Shown: positions 38,882-52,679 of the stretch, in pieces
How the letters are laid out: each line of letters begins with the position of its first letter
Position numbering within the stretch: the stretch's first letter is position 1
From: Octopus sinensis
Taxonomy: Eukaryota
DNA length: 64,000 nucleotides
NCBI RefSeq assembly: GCF_006345805.1
Contig: NC_043004.1
Location: 51,894,001 to 51,958,000 of the forward strand
Reading direction: 5' to 3'
Notes under the pieces: generated by a model
What the model was told of the DNA's origin: nothing
Databases searched by the model: none
The model's input: only the letters and a program-made list of their open reading frames with translations
Program-made: the position numbers and the translations under genes

Positions 38882-39145
38882 GTGTATGTGTGTCTGTGTG
38901 TGTGTATAACAAAACAATAACAGAATTAAATACAAAAATACAACAATGAAAAAAGTACAAGGGAGGTTTACAGTTAAAACTCTTATTTTGACTTTCAAAA
39001 AGGAAAAAGAATATCATATAGTAAAAGTTATAGAGCAAAACATAACGTTTCCTATACAGGTCTTCGTTGGATTTTTCCCTGTGTATCCAAAGAATATGAA
39101 ACACACACGCGCGTGCACACGCCAACACACACATATATATATGTA

Positions 39146-39986
39146 TTGGGTTGGCAACTAAGTTCCCGCCGATTATTTTTGATTTTGGAATTTATTGCGT
39201 TTTTAAATTTTGGAATTTATTTTTTTCCGAGAGTTCTATTTTTGAATCATTTTGGAATCCATATTTTTTTCTAGTTAAGTTTAGTTAATTTTTGTTTATT
39301 TCCAGATCATTAAAATGGAATGTGAAGTTAAGAAAAAACGAGCATTTTCGACACCTTCCTTTTGCTTTTAATCAAGGTTCTAAGGCCGCAAAATTTGCTT
39401 ACAACATTTCTGCTGTGTATGGATAGGGTGCCATAGCTGAAAGAACCGCTCGTGATTGGTATGCCAAGTTCAAAAATGGAAATTTTGACCTCAAAACGCA
39501 CCTCATTTTGGCTGTTCAGTTGAGTTCGATGAAGAGCGATTAAACCAACTTTTGCACGAAAATTCTCGTCAGACGACAAAACCTAATCGTCAGCATGGAG
39601 TTCTTCTGCTGCACGATAACATCCGCACTCATATCACCAATATGACCAAGGAAGCCATACAAACGTGTGGCTGGGAAGTGCTGCCACACCCGCCGTACTC
39701 TCCTGATTTGATACCAACGGATTTCCAACTCTTTCGATCTCTTTTAAATGCTATGCGCGGAGTTTCGTTCAATACTAATGCAGAATTGAGAGTTTCGTTG
39801 GATCAATTTTTCGAGTCGAAATCGGGTGATTTCTACCAAGAAGGTACTGAAAATCTTGTTGAACGTTGGGTAGAAGTTGTAAACAACAAGGGTGAATACA
39901 TTATTCATTAATTAGTTGTTATATATTTATTAAACCTTTTAAAAATTTAAATTTAAAAAACGGTTAGAACTTAGTTGCCAACCAAT
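39146..39986 (+). mobile_element. Internally deleted mariner transposon
   Basis: TIRs TTGGGTTGGCAACTAAGTTC / GAACTTAGTTGCCAACCAAT with TA flanks; HTH remnant (..TARDWYAKFKNGNFDL) fused to LLHDN..WEVLPHPPYSPDL..D..ERWVEVVNNKGEY; first catalytic Asp region missing. Confidence 0.93.
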
Positions 39987-40353
39987 TATATAAACATGTA
40001 TAGAAACATATATCTATCTCTCTGACTTTGTCTCTTTCCCTCTCTCCCCCTTTCTCTCTCTCTTTAGATATATATATTTAGTTATTAGTTAGAGATTATC
40101 AATCCGGGTAAAATACTTCAGAAGCTTTTTTGTTAATACACTAGGCTGACAACATTGTTTAGATTACTAAAGATTCGTGAGTGAGTTCATCGCGATTCCA
40201 TTTTATAAACCCATGATTCTGTTCAAGTTATACTGATTTCTTTTTTACAAGACAAACTATAAATAATGGTAATCGCATATCATCTTTTTTTTCTTAAATT
40301 TGACATACAACCGTTTCCTGTAGTCTTTACAGATTCGTTATTATATATATTCA

Positions 40354-40396
<43 letters not shown>

Positions 40397-40509
40397 GCAA
40401 ACACATCCTTTCTTTTTGGTGTTCATTTTCTTTATATTTTTAAATATTCCCTTTCGTGTATTCTAAAACTTGTATGATGCATTCCTTTGACTACCTCTTT
40501 ACTTTGATC

Positions 40510-40886
40510 GGGTGGAGGCGCAATGGCCCAGCGGACTCGCGATCGTAGGATCGCGGTTTCGATTCCCAGACCGGGCATTGTGAGTGTTTATTGAGCGAAA
40601 ACACCTAAAGCTCCACGAGGCTCCGGTAGGGATGGTGGTGATCCCTGCTGTACTCTTTCAGCACAACTTTCTCTCACTCTTACTTCCTGTTTCTGTTGTA
40701 CCTGTATTTCAAAGGGCCGGCCTTGTCACTCTCTGTGTCACGCTGAATATCCCCGAGAACTACATTAAGGGTACACGTGTCTGTGGAGTGCTCAGCCACT
40801 TACACGTTAATTTCGCGAGCAGGCTGTTCCGTTGATTCGGATCAACCGGAACCCTCGTCGTCGTAACCGACGGAGTGCTTCCTTCC
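40510..40886 (+). mobile_element. SINE family C head with alternative body and tail, 11-bp TSD
   Basis: Head shared with 12931; TTACTTTGATC at 40499-40509 and 40887-40897. Confidence 0.85.
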
Positions 40887-41473
40887 TTACTTTGATCATT
40901 GTACTTCATATACCATTTATTTTCTACTTGTTAACTCCCCCTTGCCGTATTCTCTACTATAATTTTTCTCGCTTTTTCTGCCTCTGACTCTTTGCTTGTC
41001 TGTCTTTGTCTCTTTCCCATCTCTCTCAACAAATACTCAATATCTATTTGTAAGTTGTTTTTTTTTAAATCTCTGCGAGGAATGGTACATCCTGAAATAT
41101 CAGACGTCTCTCCTTCCACGCAAGCAGCTAATTTGTTCCACTTTATAAACTTATTGTATTCACTATATTCCGGCACAGACCATTACTAAATACTAAACTA
41201 AGTGGATTACAGTAGTTATTATTTAGTTCCGTCCCTTGACGTTCTAGGTTTGAAATTTCGACGAAGATCAATAAAATGAGTAACGATTGCATACTGTACT
41301 CTATTCGATAGGTGGCACCCTTGATCTACAAATTTGTATCTGCCCATGTGGCAACGGAAGAAATCAATAACAGTTCTTAGAAAGACATTTAAATGTACAT
41401 AACAGACAATCAAATTATTATTAATAATCATGATGATAATAATAATAACAACAACAACAACAACAACAACAAC

Positions 41474-41522
<49 letters not shown>

Positions 41523-41911
41523 TTTCAATGAAATGAAACAGATATTAATAACAACAACAACAACAACAACAACAATAATAATAATAATAATAATAATAAT
41601 AAGGATAATAATACCAGCAACAAAGCATTTGGCTAAAAATATAATTTCATTGAAATGATTTAGTCAGCAAAAAACAAAAAAATGTTTTCTGCTAATATTA
41701 TAATATAATTTACTAAAAATTAAATACAGCAACAAACAAATAAAAAATACAGAACGCTTAGATAATAAAAAAGAAGAGTTTATCTTTTGTTTATTCAAAG
41801 TATTTCATAGAAAAATTATAACAATGTAATTAAAAGATTAATTAATTTATTATTAATCTAGTTTTGTTCAAAGAAAATAGTTTTAATACATCAGTGTACC
41901 AATCGATCTTG

Positions 41912-41962
<51 letters not shown>

Positions 41963-42445
41963 GTTAACAATGAAACTGAAACAAACAATAATACAAAAAA
42001 AAATCACAACTACTCGAGAGTTAGTAGAAGAGTCGATAGTTCGTATCGTATCTCTGGACCGAGACTCCGAGTCAGAGGCTGTTCCATTTATTCTTAATTG
42101 AGCTACGTGACCCATATGTAGGGAAGCACTCTGACCAACTACATATCATAATCGGGAGCTTTATTGCTGACCGTATAATTCATGCGGTTATAGAGTTTTA
42201 AATGTTGAAAATGAATATCAATAAAAATCACCTCATCTCCTGAGGAGAGTCTGCAATGGGTATGTGTACAATACCTTACACGAAACGGGTCTACTAACCA
42301 AGTTTTCCGCAAGTAAAAAGTTTGTAGTTTGTGAAATTGAGCTTTTTGTGAGCTTGTACTGTGCTGAATTTGTATCTTCAACGAACGAGTAGAAAGTCAT
42401 GGACATCAATTGTGCTCAACTATAGTTCCTATATTAACGCATCTA

Positions 42446-42677
42446 AGGCGGCGAGCTGGCAGAAAGGTTAGCACGTTGGGCGAAATGCGTTGCCGTATTT
42501 CGTCTGCCGTTAAGTTCCGAGTTCAAATTCCGCCGAGGTCGACTTTGCCTTTCATCCACCCGGGGTCGATAAATTAAGTACCAGTTACGCACTGGGGTCG
42601 ATGTAATCGACTTAATCCCTTTGTCTGTCCTTGTTTGTCTCCTCTGTGTTTAACCTCTTGTGGGTAGTAAAGAAATA
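42446..42677 (+). mobile_element. SINE family B, full length, 16-bp TSD
   Basis: TATATTAACGCATCTA at 42430-42445 and 42678-42693. Confidence 0.93.
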
Positions 42678-42881
42678 TATATTAACGCATCTAGATGATA
42701 CTTTACTTTCTATATAGCTGATACCTTCCTACACTCTTCTTCGTCCTTACATTGTATCCTTCACACACGCAACATAAAGTCCTCGCACCAGACCCGTGCA
42801 AAATCAAGGAACAGATACTCACAAAATAACCTTCACCCGTAACAACCTCGTGTTTCTGAACAGTACAAAAAGAATATATCT

Positions 42882-43297
42882 TTACTCTCTCTCTTTTACT
42901 ATTTTACTTGTTTCAGTCATTTGACTGCAGCCATGCTGGAGCACCGCCTTTAATCGAGCAACTCGACCCTGGGACTTATCCTTTTGTAAGCCCAGTACTT
43001 ATTCTATCGGTCTCTTTTGCCGAACCGCTAAGTAACGCGGACATAAACACACCAGCATCGGTTGTCAAGCAATGCTAGGGGGACAAACACAGGCACACAA
43101 ACACACACACGCATATATATATATATACATATATACGACGGGCTTCTTTCAGTTTCCGTCTACCAAATCCACTCACAAGGCTTTGGTCGGCCCGAGGCTA
43201 TAGTAGAAGACACTTGCCCAAGGTGCCACGCAGTGGGACTGAACCCGGAACCATGTGGTTGGTAAACAAGCTACTTACCACACAGCCACTCCTGCGC
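42882..43297 (-). mobile_element. SINE family A, full length
   Basis: Reverse complement of the family-A sequence from head to tail. Confidence 0.92.
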
Positions 43298-45115
43298 TTT
43301 TCACAAAAGAAATCTTTTAAAGTCTACAGAATTTAGGCTTTACAATATTTGATGAATCATATTAGATTATCTTACGTATAAATAAACATAACGGATTGAA
43401 CTACCTGATCTATGAGCAATCGAGTGTGGAGTCCGGCGGTAAAGGTGATCACTTATCTGCAATCTGTACTTGGAGTCTTTGACAAAGACTTTTGGACATA
43501 GAGTTTTGGTACATCACTTTCTCAGAACAAAACGGTCCGAAAACGATACACCTCATCAAAGTTTAGCGCTTTTATAAAACTGTTTCTTTTACCCACCTTT
43601 GAAGCACCCGCACAGTCTATCTAACTGATTTCCACCCAGCTCCCGATGGCTCATTGTTATTCACAAGGTATAGATTAATCAGAAGCAATGAGGAAAAGCA
43701 CTTTCTCAAAATGTAATGGAGTTCAGTCAACCCCAGGGCATCCTGATTGCTAGCCGAACTTTCTACCCATCTAGCCATTCTACTTCTATTTATAATGTTG
43801 CCAAAATCTGCACCTCACAATGACTACAATTTGTATCCGGGGATATAAAATTCTCCAGCTTGGCAAATGAGTCTTTTTCAAAGTTCAGGGTAACTTCTAT
43901 ATTAGAATACCTTCCACGTCATGCAAATGTTGTTACTTGTTTAGAATCATCCTTGTAAACAAGTCGGTCATGGGGATATATTATCTTGCTTGGAAACAAG
44001 TGAAGGTTGGTGACAGGAAGAGCATCAAACTGTAATAAAATCGTTCTCAGTAAATTCCGTCTGATCCATGCAGGTTTGGAAAAGAGTAAGTTAAGCCGAT
44101 GATAATATAAAACATTCTGTCAGTACTAAACATTATTCTTTCTTTCTTCTCATCGATTTTATTTCGTCTGAACGTAATCTATTTTTCGTGCGTGCTATTT
44201 TCTCTCCCACAAAAAATATTCTTTTTTTATTTTTATTACTGCACCCAAATTCGTATCACAGCCGATTGGGAAGACAATTTTTAACCAGCAATATACTGTT
44301 AAATGCTATAATTAAACGCTATTTTGCACTGTAGTGCCTTTCCAGACAAATTTTATTTTTCTATGAATACATATAGAAAAGAAAGAGAAAAATATCAAGA
44401 GAGAAAAAGAGAGAAAGACGGTATTCGAAAAATAAATGTGAGGCAATGAGAGGGGAACAAAGCAAAAACAGCGAAGACGAAGATGTGGTAATTTTGGAAT
44501 CCCAAAGTGATCAGAAATTAATTTCTGCGTGCTAATGAAGACGCTTTTACATGGAACACTGGAAGATTCAGCAATACTGGACAGGAACAACAAGAATACT
44601 TTGCAGCACGAAGTTCTTGAACACTAACAATTAATATAAAAGAAATTCACCTGAGCAATGGAACATGCATTTCCTGGTATATATTAAATACCCGCAAAGT
44701 AAGGGAATGCGTGATTGCTTTTCAAAGACACAATCACATGATGCAAATCGTATAGAGGAAGGACAGGTATGGCCTGTCGAATTTACATAAATGTATGTGT
44801 TTTTGGAATATGAAATTCACATGAAACAAAGGAGCATGTGATGTTTTTGCAGCAAATTCATACGAATCTTTTCGCATAAAGTAAAATAACATCATGTGTC
44901 TGCTGAATTATCGAATTCCTATGAAGTGATGCACATTGAAAAAAGAGAACGCATATTTTTGTAGTACCAAAAGCCACATGAAGCAATTCTCAGGAAGCAA
45001 TGGAAACATGGAATAAGGGAACATATGTTGACTGGTATAGTGAGATGATTATTAACTTCCTCTTCATGTTTTGGTAATGGTCATGAGGAGAACAAACTAT
45101 GATGTTATGCAACTA

Positions 45116-45700
45116 GGCATGGCTGTGTGGTAAGAAGCGGGCTGGCAGAATCGTTAGCACGCCGGACGAAATGCTTAGCGGTATTTCGTCTGCCGTTACG
45201 TTCTGGATTCAAATTCCGCCGAGGTCGACTTTCGGGGTCGATAAATTACGTACCAGTTACGCACTGGGGTCGATGTAATCGACTTAATCCGTTTGTTTGT
45301 CCTTGTTTGTCCCTTCTATGTTTAGAAAAATGGTTCCAGGTTCAGTCCCACTGCGTCGCACCTTGGGGAAGTGTCTACTATTATAGCTTCAAGCCGACCA
45401 AAGCCTTGTGAATAAATTTGGTAAACGGAAACTGAAAGAAGCCCGTCGTATATGTATGTGTATATATATGTATATATCGACGTGAGTTTATGTCTTTGTC
45501 TCCGTTTTTGCCCCCCCCCAGTGTTGTGTTTGTGTCCCCGTAAATTAGCGGTTCAGCAAAAGAGACCGATAGAATAAGTGCAAGTCTTAAAAAATAAGTC
45601 ATAGGGTGGATTGTTTTGACTGAAGCCCTATAAGGCGGTGCTGCAATATGGCCGCAGTCAGCTGAATGAAACAAGTAAAAGAATAAGAGACTACAAGAGT
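45116..45700 (+). mobile_element. Family-B SINE nested in the head of a family-A SINE
   Basis: A-head GGCATGGCTGTGTGGTAAGAAG interrupted by a B unit (about 45139-45325); A resumes at ATGGTTCCAGGTTCAGTCCC. Confidence 0.8.
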
Positions 45701-46151
45701 AAACAAACAATCAGCTATGAATGAGATTTTTTGAATGAAAGACTCATAGATATAGACATACGTTAATGCTTGTTTCTATGTAAAGTTATTCATGAAAGAC
45801 AATTCAGTATTCAACTGAAAGATCACTTGGTACATTTTAGTAGAGCACGTATTTATTAAAAGAAAGGACTGATAGTGATCTTGAAGTTTCGGCTTATCAA
45901 CGCTGTCTAATTGGCTCCTTTCTTTTTTTTTATATATTTTTTGGCTGGGTAGTGTTTTGGTAGATATACATAGAGAAATGGGATGATGCAGGTAAACAGG
46001 AGAGTGGTTATGAAGTTCGCTTTGGAATCTCATGATTTCGGGTTCAGTTCCAATGCGTACAACCTAAGGCAAGTGTGTTCTACTATAACTGCGAATCAAC
46101 GAATAATACCTTAGTGAATTTAGTAAACGACAATGTGTAGAAATCCATCGT

Positions 46152-46575
46152 ATACCTACCTACCTACCTACCTACCTACCTACCTACCTACCTACCACCT
46201 ACCTACCTACCTATCTAAATACCTACCTATCTAAATACCTACCTACCTACCTACCTACCTACATACATACATACATACCTACCTACCTACTTACCTACCT
46301 ACCTACCTACCTATCCACCTACCTACCTATCTACATACCTACCTACCTACCTCCCTACCTACATACCTACCTATCTACCTACCTACCTATCCACCTACCT
46401 ACCTACCTACCTACCTACCTACCTACCTACCTACCTACCTATCCACCTACCTACCTACCTACCTACCTACCTACCTACCTACCTACCTATCCACCTACCT
46501 ACCTACCTACCTACCTATCTACCTACCTACCTACCTACCTACCTACATACATACATACATACCTACATACATACA
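46152..46575. repeat. (CCTA)n tetranucleotide array
   Basis: About 420 bp with CATA/TCTA variants. Confidence 0.95.
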
Positions 46576-48174
46576 AAATTACATACATATATGAGCATGT
46601 CTAGATATGCAACTATGTGCATGAAAATACATATATAAAACTATATGCAGGAAAATACATACTTAAAACAAAACATGCAAATCTGCATACAAATATACAT
46701 ACATACACGCGCATATACGAAAGAGAGGGAGAGAGAAAGAGAGAAAGAGAGAAAGAGAGAGAGGGAGAGAGATGAGAGAAGGAGATACACAGAGACGGGG
46801 GAGGCATCATATATTATATATGAGCAATTCGCGTTACTTGACATGTTATTAACGCGTCTATGATAAATCTTGAGAATGTGTTGAAGCAACAATGTAGTAA
46901 AATTTTGATTTCATTTGTTTGTGTTGTATTATCGTTGTTAATGCTATTTTCTTTTGTTTTCATTATATTAGCATTAGCTTTTTTTTTTCTTGCTGTTGTT
47001 GTTGCTGTTGCGTTAGAAGGGTTACTATTGCTTTTGGTATTGTTGTTGTTAATGTTGTTGGAGCTAATTTTCGGGTTTGTCTCTAGCCTTTGGTTTTCGT
47101 CCAAATCATTATACGAAATGTTACTCACAGAATATATGTAAAGGAAAATAATTATGAATTAAATCCTGTATCCACACACAAACACACACACAAACACACA
47201 TACACACGCACACACACACACACATACACACACACACACACACACACCATATATATATATATGTAATTTATGTATATTTGTGTATATATGCATATGCAAA
47301 GATATAAATTCCTATTCATATCTGTTATATATACTCATGTATATATATATATATATATATATATACCTATATATATACATCTATATATATTCTCATATAC
47401 ATACATATATACAAATATGCATATATAAATATATGTATATATATATATGTATGTATGCATATATGTATATATATATATATACATACCTATATATATATAT
47501 ATATATATACATACCTATATATATATATATACATACCTATATATATACATAACATAATATGGACAATACATATAATATAACTACTATAACATATATAGGC
47601 ATATATGTGTGTATATATATATACCTAAACATATATATGACATAAACAATAAAAATGTACTTGTGTACATAATTATATGTATGAGTATATATATCTATGT
47701 GTAGGTGTATGAATGCATATGTATGTAAATATATACATACATACACACATATGCACTCGGAACACACGCATACACTAAAATTATTGATGTTCAACATGGC
47801 GATTGCTGATAAACTCCTAAACACCCCCTTTACAATCTCATATATTGAATGCAAATTCCTTATTCTCAGGAATATGTTCACATGCATACGCACTCATCAC
47901 CAATAATGACATCAACATCATTCTGATTTGAATATCGGTAAACCTTGAGAATTTAGCACTTATCAGGAGAGGGTCAAATTTTGTGTCTGAGTAAACCTGA
48001 CCATTCTAATCAGGGAGTTACCGAAATACCGTTTCTACTTAGCAACAGAGAGTGACACGTGATATTAGTCAACTACATCATCGAGCACTGAAGGAGGAAC
48101 TGTTTGTTGGGTTAAATCACGCATTGATAGATTCACATTCAACTATATATATATACATAACTATAGTCATACAT

Positions 48175-48207
<33 letters not shown>

Positions 48208-48646
48208 TACGTGTAAAAGTATTTATTTGCATATGTATAGATGTAAGTAATGTACGTTCATATGCACGTCCACTGCACACCACGTACACATACACATATA
48301 TATACATATACACATATGCATAAACACATATATACATATATGCATATACATATATATATACATGTGTGTAGATATATATATATATATATATACATATTTA
48401 TGTGCATATATATATACATTTATTTTCATATACATATAGACTTACATTCATATATCTTTCTATCTATGTCTGTCTATCTTTCTTTCTCACTCTCTATATA
48501 TGTATATATATATATATATACTATATATTTAAATAGGTGAATGAATTATCCTATGTTTATCGTCAACATGGAAAATTCGTTGAAACCAGGGTAACAAATT
48601 CACGTCAGAAACACGGTTGAAGCGACCTGTCCAAGGGTAGAACCTC

Positions 48647-48960
48647 CGACATATGCTTCGAAGACAACATGGTTTCATTCCAAAGGAATAAAGGGTGCAT
48701 TATGCAATCTTCTCATCAGGAAAGAAAGGGAGCCTTCTAACGGTTTTTTAAAAAACACTCATTATCGTTTTGTTTACCATGTAGGCAGTCAGCGAAAATT
48801 TTGTTTGTCTTGTCGAGAGAGGCTCCCTTTCTTTCCTGATGAGAAGATTGCATAATGCACCCTTTATTCCTTTGGAATGATGCCATGTTGTCTTCGAAAC
48901 ATATGTCGAGAATAAAGGAATTTTATTAACATCTTCGTTCGACTCCAATTATTTCATTTA
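48647..48960 (+). mobile_element. Fold-back insert built from two hammerhead copies
   Basis: Arms 48647-48735 / 48820-48908; the right arm continues about 50 nt into (TA)n. Confidence 0.8.
48832..48911 (+). ncRNA. Type-I hammerhead motif, canonical core, extended stem II
   Basis: TTTC-CTGATGA(48836)-GAAGA[43 nt]TCTTC-GAAA-CATATG-TC(48907)-GAGA; palindromic stem III ACATATGT. The inverted copy has GAAG instead of GAAA. Confidence 0.8.
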
Positions 48961-49730
48961 TATATATATATATGAGTGTATGTGTGAGTATTAACGAGTA
49001 AGTGGACATACGAAAGAAAAGAGCACCCAACTAATTTTAGTAGTTACATGTATTATTTAAAAAGTTTGAGTCGGCTCTCTGCGACTGAGAGTTTCGCAGG
49101 CTTCTAACAGATATCCGTCTCTTACATACATATATACATACATACATGTATACATACATACATACATACATACATACATACATACACTCATACATACATA
49201 CATACATACATACATACACTCATACATACGTATATACATACATACATACCACATACATGCATATATGCACACACGCACACACACACATATATGTATGTAT
49301 ACGTATGTATGTATAATTATGACAGCCTCAAAAATAATAGATATCCATAAAATTTGAACCGAAAACAAACAGATCGAAACTTAGCACACAAAGCACCTCG
49401 TACATGTATCTACACATATACACACGTGTCGAAACACAAAGAAAATCTCGTTGCCGGACATTTGAAATTAATTAAAATCGAGCGATAAACGACCAACGCA
49501 GGTTAATTATATAATCATACGATACATACACAAACACACACACATACACGCACACACACGCATACACACACACACACATATATATATATGCATATACAGA
49601 TATATACCTTTATATATATATGTATGCATATATGTATATTTATACATGTTTGCATACCCATATATATGGGTATATGGATGTATGCATGTATGTATGTATG
49701 TATGTATGTTTGTATGTATATATATATATA

Positions 49731-50120
49731 GGCGCAGGAGTGGCTGTGTGGTAAGTAGCTTGCTAACCAACCACATGGTTCCGGGTCCAGTCCAACTGCG
49801 TGGCATCTTGGGCAAGTGACTTCTACTGTAGCCCCGGGCCGACCAATGCCTTGTGAGTGGATTTGGTAGACGGAAACTGAAAGAAGCCTGTCGTATATAT
49901 GTATACATATATATGCATGCGTGTGTGTGTTTGTGTGTCTGTGTTTATCCCCCTAGCTGGTGTGTTTATGTCCCCGTCACCTAGCACTTCGGCCAAAGAG
50001 ACCGATAGAATAAGTACTGGGCTTACAAAGAATAAGTCCCGGGGTCGATTTGCTCGACTAAAGGCGGTGCTCCAGCATGACCGCAGTCAAATGACTGAAA
50101 CAAGTAAAAGAGTAAAAAAG
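49731..50120 (+). mobile_element. SINE family A
   Basis: GGCGCAGGAGTGGCTGTGTGGTAAG head through GACTGAAACAAGTAAAAGAG tail. Confidence 0.9.
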
Positions 50121-50843
50121 AGAGTATATATGTATGTATGTATTCATGTATGTATATATATGTATATATATATACATTAGGACAATACTTTTTCTTGAAG
50201 CACTGAATGAAAGCCACATCATAAATCATAAGCCTGCAGATACATAAACTCACTCACACACTCATACGTGTGCACACACACGCATGCACACTTGCACATA
50301 CACACGCATGCAAACACACACACGTGTGCACACACAAGCACGCACGCACACTCCCACATACGAATACACATATTCTCTGAAACAAAGAGAAACACGGAAT
50401 CATGAAAAAATTTCATATAAAAACTTCATGTCTCCAAACACCATATTCAAAAACTTTCCAGAATAAAAAAGAAAATCTTTAAATGAACAGATTTGATTAA
50501 ATCTTGCTAAGGTATAGAGACATTTCATGAAGCGTGATTTCAATAAGTTTGTAGAGTATATTAAAGAATCAACGATGAAACAAACTGATTCGCCAACAAA
50601 ATTGAAGATCCTAAAAGGAAAAAGCCTATAAATACCTTCCTAGTAAAGTTAATTTAGTAAAATACTCATGAAAGAAAAGAAGAACGCTAATCGAAAGAAA
50701 CAAAAGAGATATACATATACACCAGATTCGTTATGTAATAGTTCACGCATGATGATCGCAGAAGCTTGAAACTCGAGAGGCGAAGCAACTATTCGGTTGA
50801 AATATCTCACAGACTTCACAACATATATCAGTTACTCTCCCTC

Positions 50844-50877
<34 letters not shown>

Positions 50878-50956
50878 GTATATATATATATATATCTATA
50901 TATAATCTATATCTATCTTATCTATCTATCTATCTATCGATTATCTTCTATATCTA

Positions 50957-50996
<40 letters not shown>

Positions 50997-51002
50997 TATC
51001 TA

Positions 51003-51048
<46 letters not shown>

Positions 51049-51932
51049 GCGCTACCCGTTCGGGATAAGCTCTACAGACACGGCTCGAGAAACACGGGGC
51101 CGACCTGCCCGAGATGCGGTCAGAGCGACGAAACCGTTCTGCACGCACTCGTGCAGTGTACAACAATTTCCGACCTGTGGGCTTATGTCGAACAACTGCT
51201 GTCACGTGTGGGACGAGTCGGTTTATCAGCTGAGTCTATCGTCAATATTGTCACGCCTCCTGCCTTCAAACGGGAAGGAAGAGCTATTTTCATCATCCTT
51301 GTGGCTATGGCGAAAGAATGCATGTGGTGGACGCGTCTGAAAGGATTGGAGACAAACACTTTCCTCTCTGGTCAACCTCTCATCAACTTCTTCAAGTACC
51401 ACTTGAAAAGGAAAGTGAGAGTAGAGAGGCAAGTTTTGTCTAGCGAACGTTTTAAAAAACTGATGGGTGAATGTAGCAAGAATGGCACGTATGAATGACG
51501 AAGCCACCTTGAGCATAATCCTATGAACCCAGAAATTGAAAACAGAGGGTTAACCACTTGCAAACAAATGTGGTAACATGTAACAATACTGACCAAGGTT
51601 ACCGTGGTCTTTTTCGTAGGCTTTTCTTCCCACGGATAAACCTTACTTGCTTTCCCCTTTACACCATACACCATGACACTGTGATACACGATCCCTATTG
51701 ATCGTTTTGTTCCTCTTCCCCTTTTTTCCTCTTTTTTCTTCTTTTTTTCATTTTTCTCTTCTTTTGTTCCTTTTCCCTTTTTTCTTTTCTTCTTTTTTTG
51801 TTCTTTTTTCCCTTTTACGTTCCCATTTGATCGAAAACCTACGCCACCTTTTTTTTTCTTCCCCTAAAGAAAAGCTCTACCTTGTAACTTGTCCCTCTGT
51901 GTGCAGCCCTGTATGGCTAATAAAGAAACTTA
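51049..51932 (+). mobile_element. Tx1/L1-clade LINE 3' fragment inserted in (TATC)n
   Basis: ALPVRDKL..CPRCGQSDETVLHALVQC..LW (C-terminal CCHC zinc knuckle), T-rich 3' UTR, ends AATAAAGAAAC then TATC repeats; a second related 3' end at about 51950-52082. Confidence 0.88.
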
Positions 51933-52081
51933 TCAATCTATCTATCATATTTTTCTTCCCGACTCTTTTGATCGTAATTTTCTTTTTTTCTCCTACCCCC
52001 TCCCTTTCATTTTCGAAAACAAAAGCTCTACATTTGTATTTGTCCCCTCTGTGTTCCGCACTATGTGACCAATAAAGAAAG

Positions 52082-52177
<96 letters not shown>

Positions 52178-52679
52178 ATACACACAATGAGCTACTTCCA
52201 GTTTTTGGCTACAGTTCCATTAAAAATACCTATATAAATACATACATACATACACACGCAAACACAAACACACACATATATGTATATATATATACACGTA
52301 CATACATATATATATATTAATGAAGTCACATACATTCATATAAGCATATGTAGACTTACCTACTTACACACACACGCACACGCAGACAAACACACGCACG
52401 CACGCACACGCAGACACACACAAACGCACACATTTCTATATATATACCCTGTGTATGTATGTAGCAGTTATATCGAGTTTTCTTGTATATTAAGTCGTAA
52501 ATCTTCATTAGGGTTGAATTCTGTTGCCATATGCAAGAGTGTCATATACATGTACGTGTACATATACATATACGTGTGTGTGCGCACGTGAGTGCGTGAG
52601 TGTGCGTGGGCGTGTCTGTAGATGTGTGTGTTTGGGTGTGATTGTTGATTGTGTTTAGCCTTAGGTTTGCACTGATCGG

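Noticed and set aside
46814-47128. 104-aa Asn/Thr-rich minus-strand ORF
   Set aside because: Largely degenerate (AAC/AAT)n, GTG start, no convincing acceptor site.
50743-50783. Hammerhead-like ATGATGA-TCGC(AGAA)GCTT-GAAACTCGAGAG
   Set aside because: Looks like a decayed relative of the 15623 motif; C3, stem II and the cleavage triplet are broken, so not called a ribozyme.
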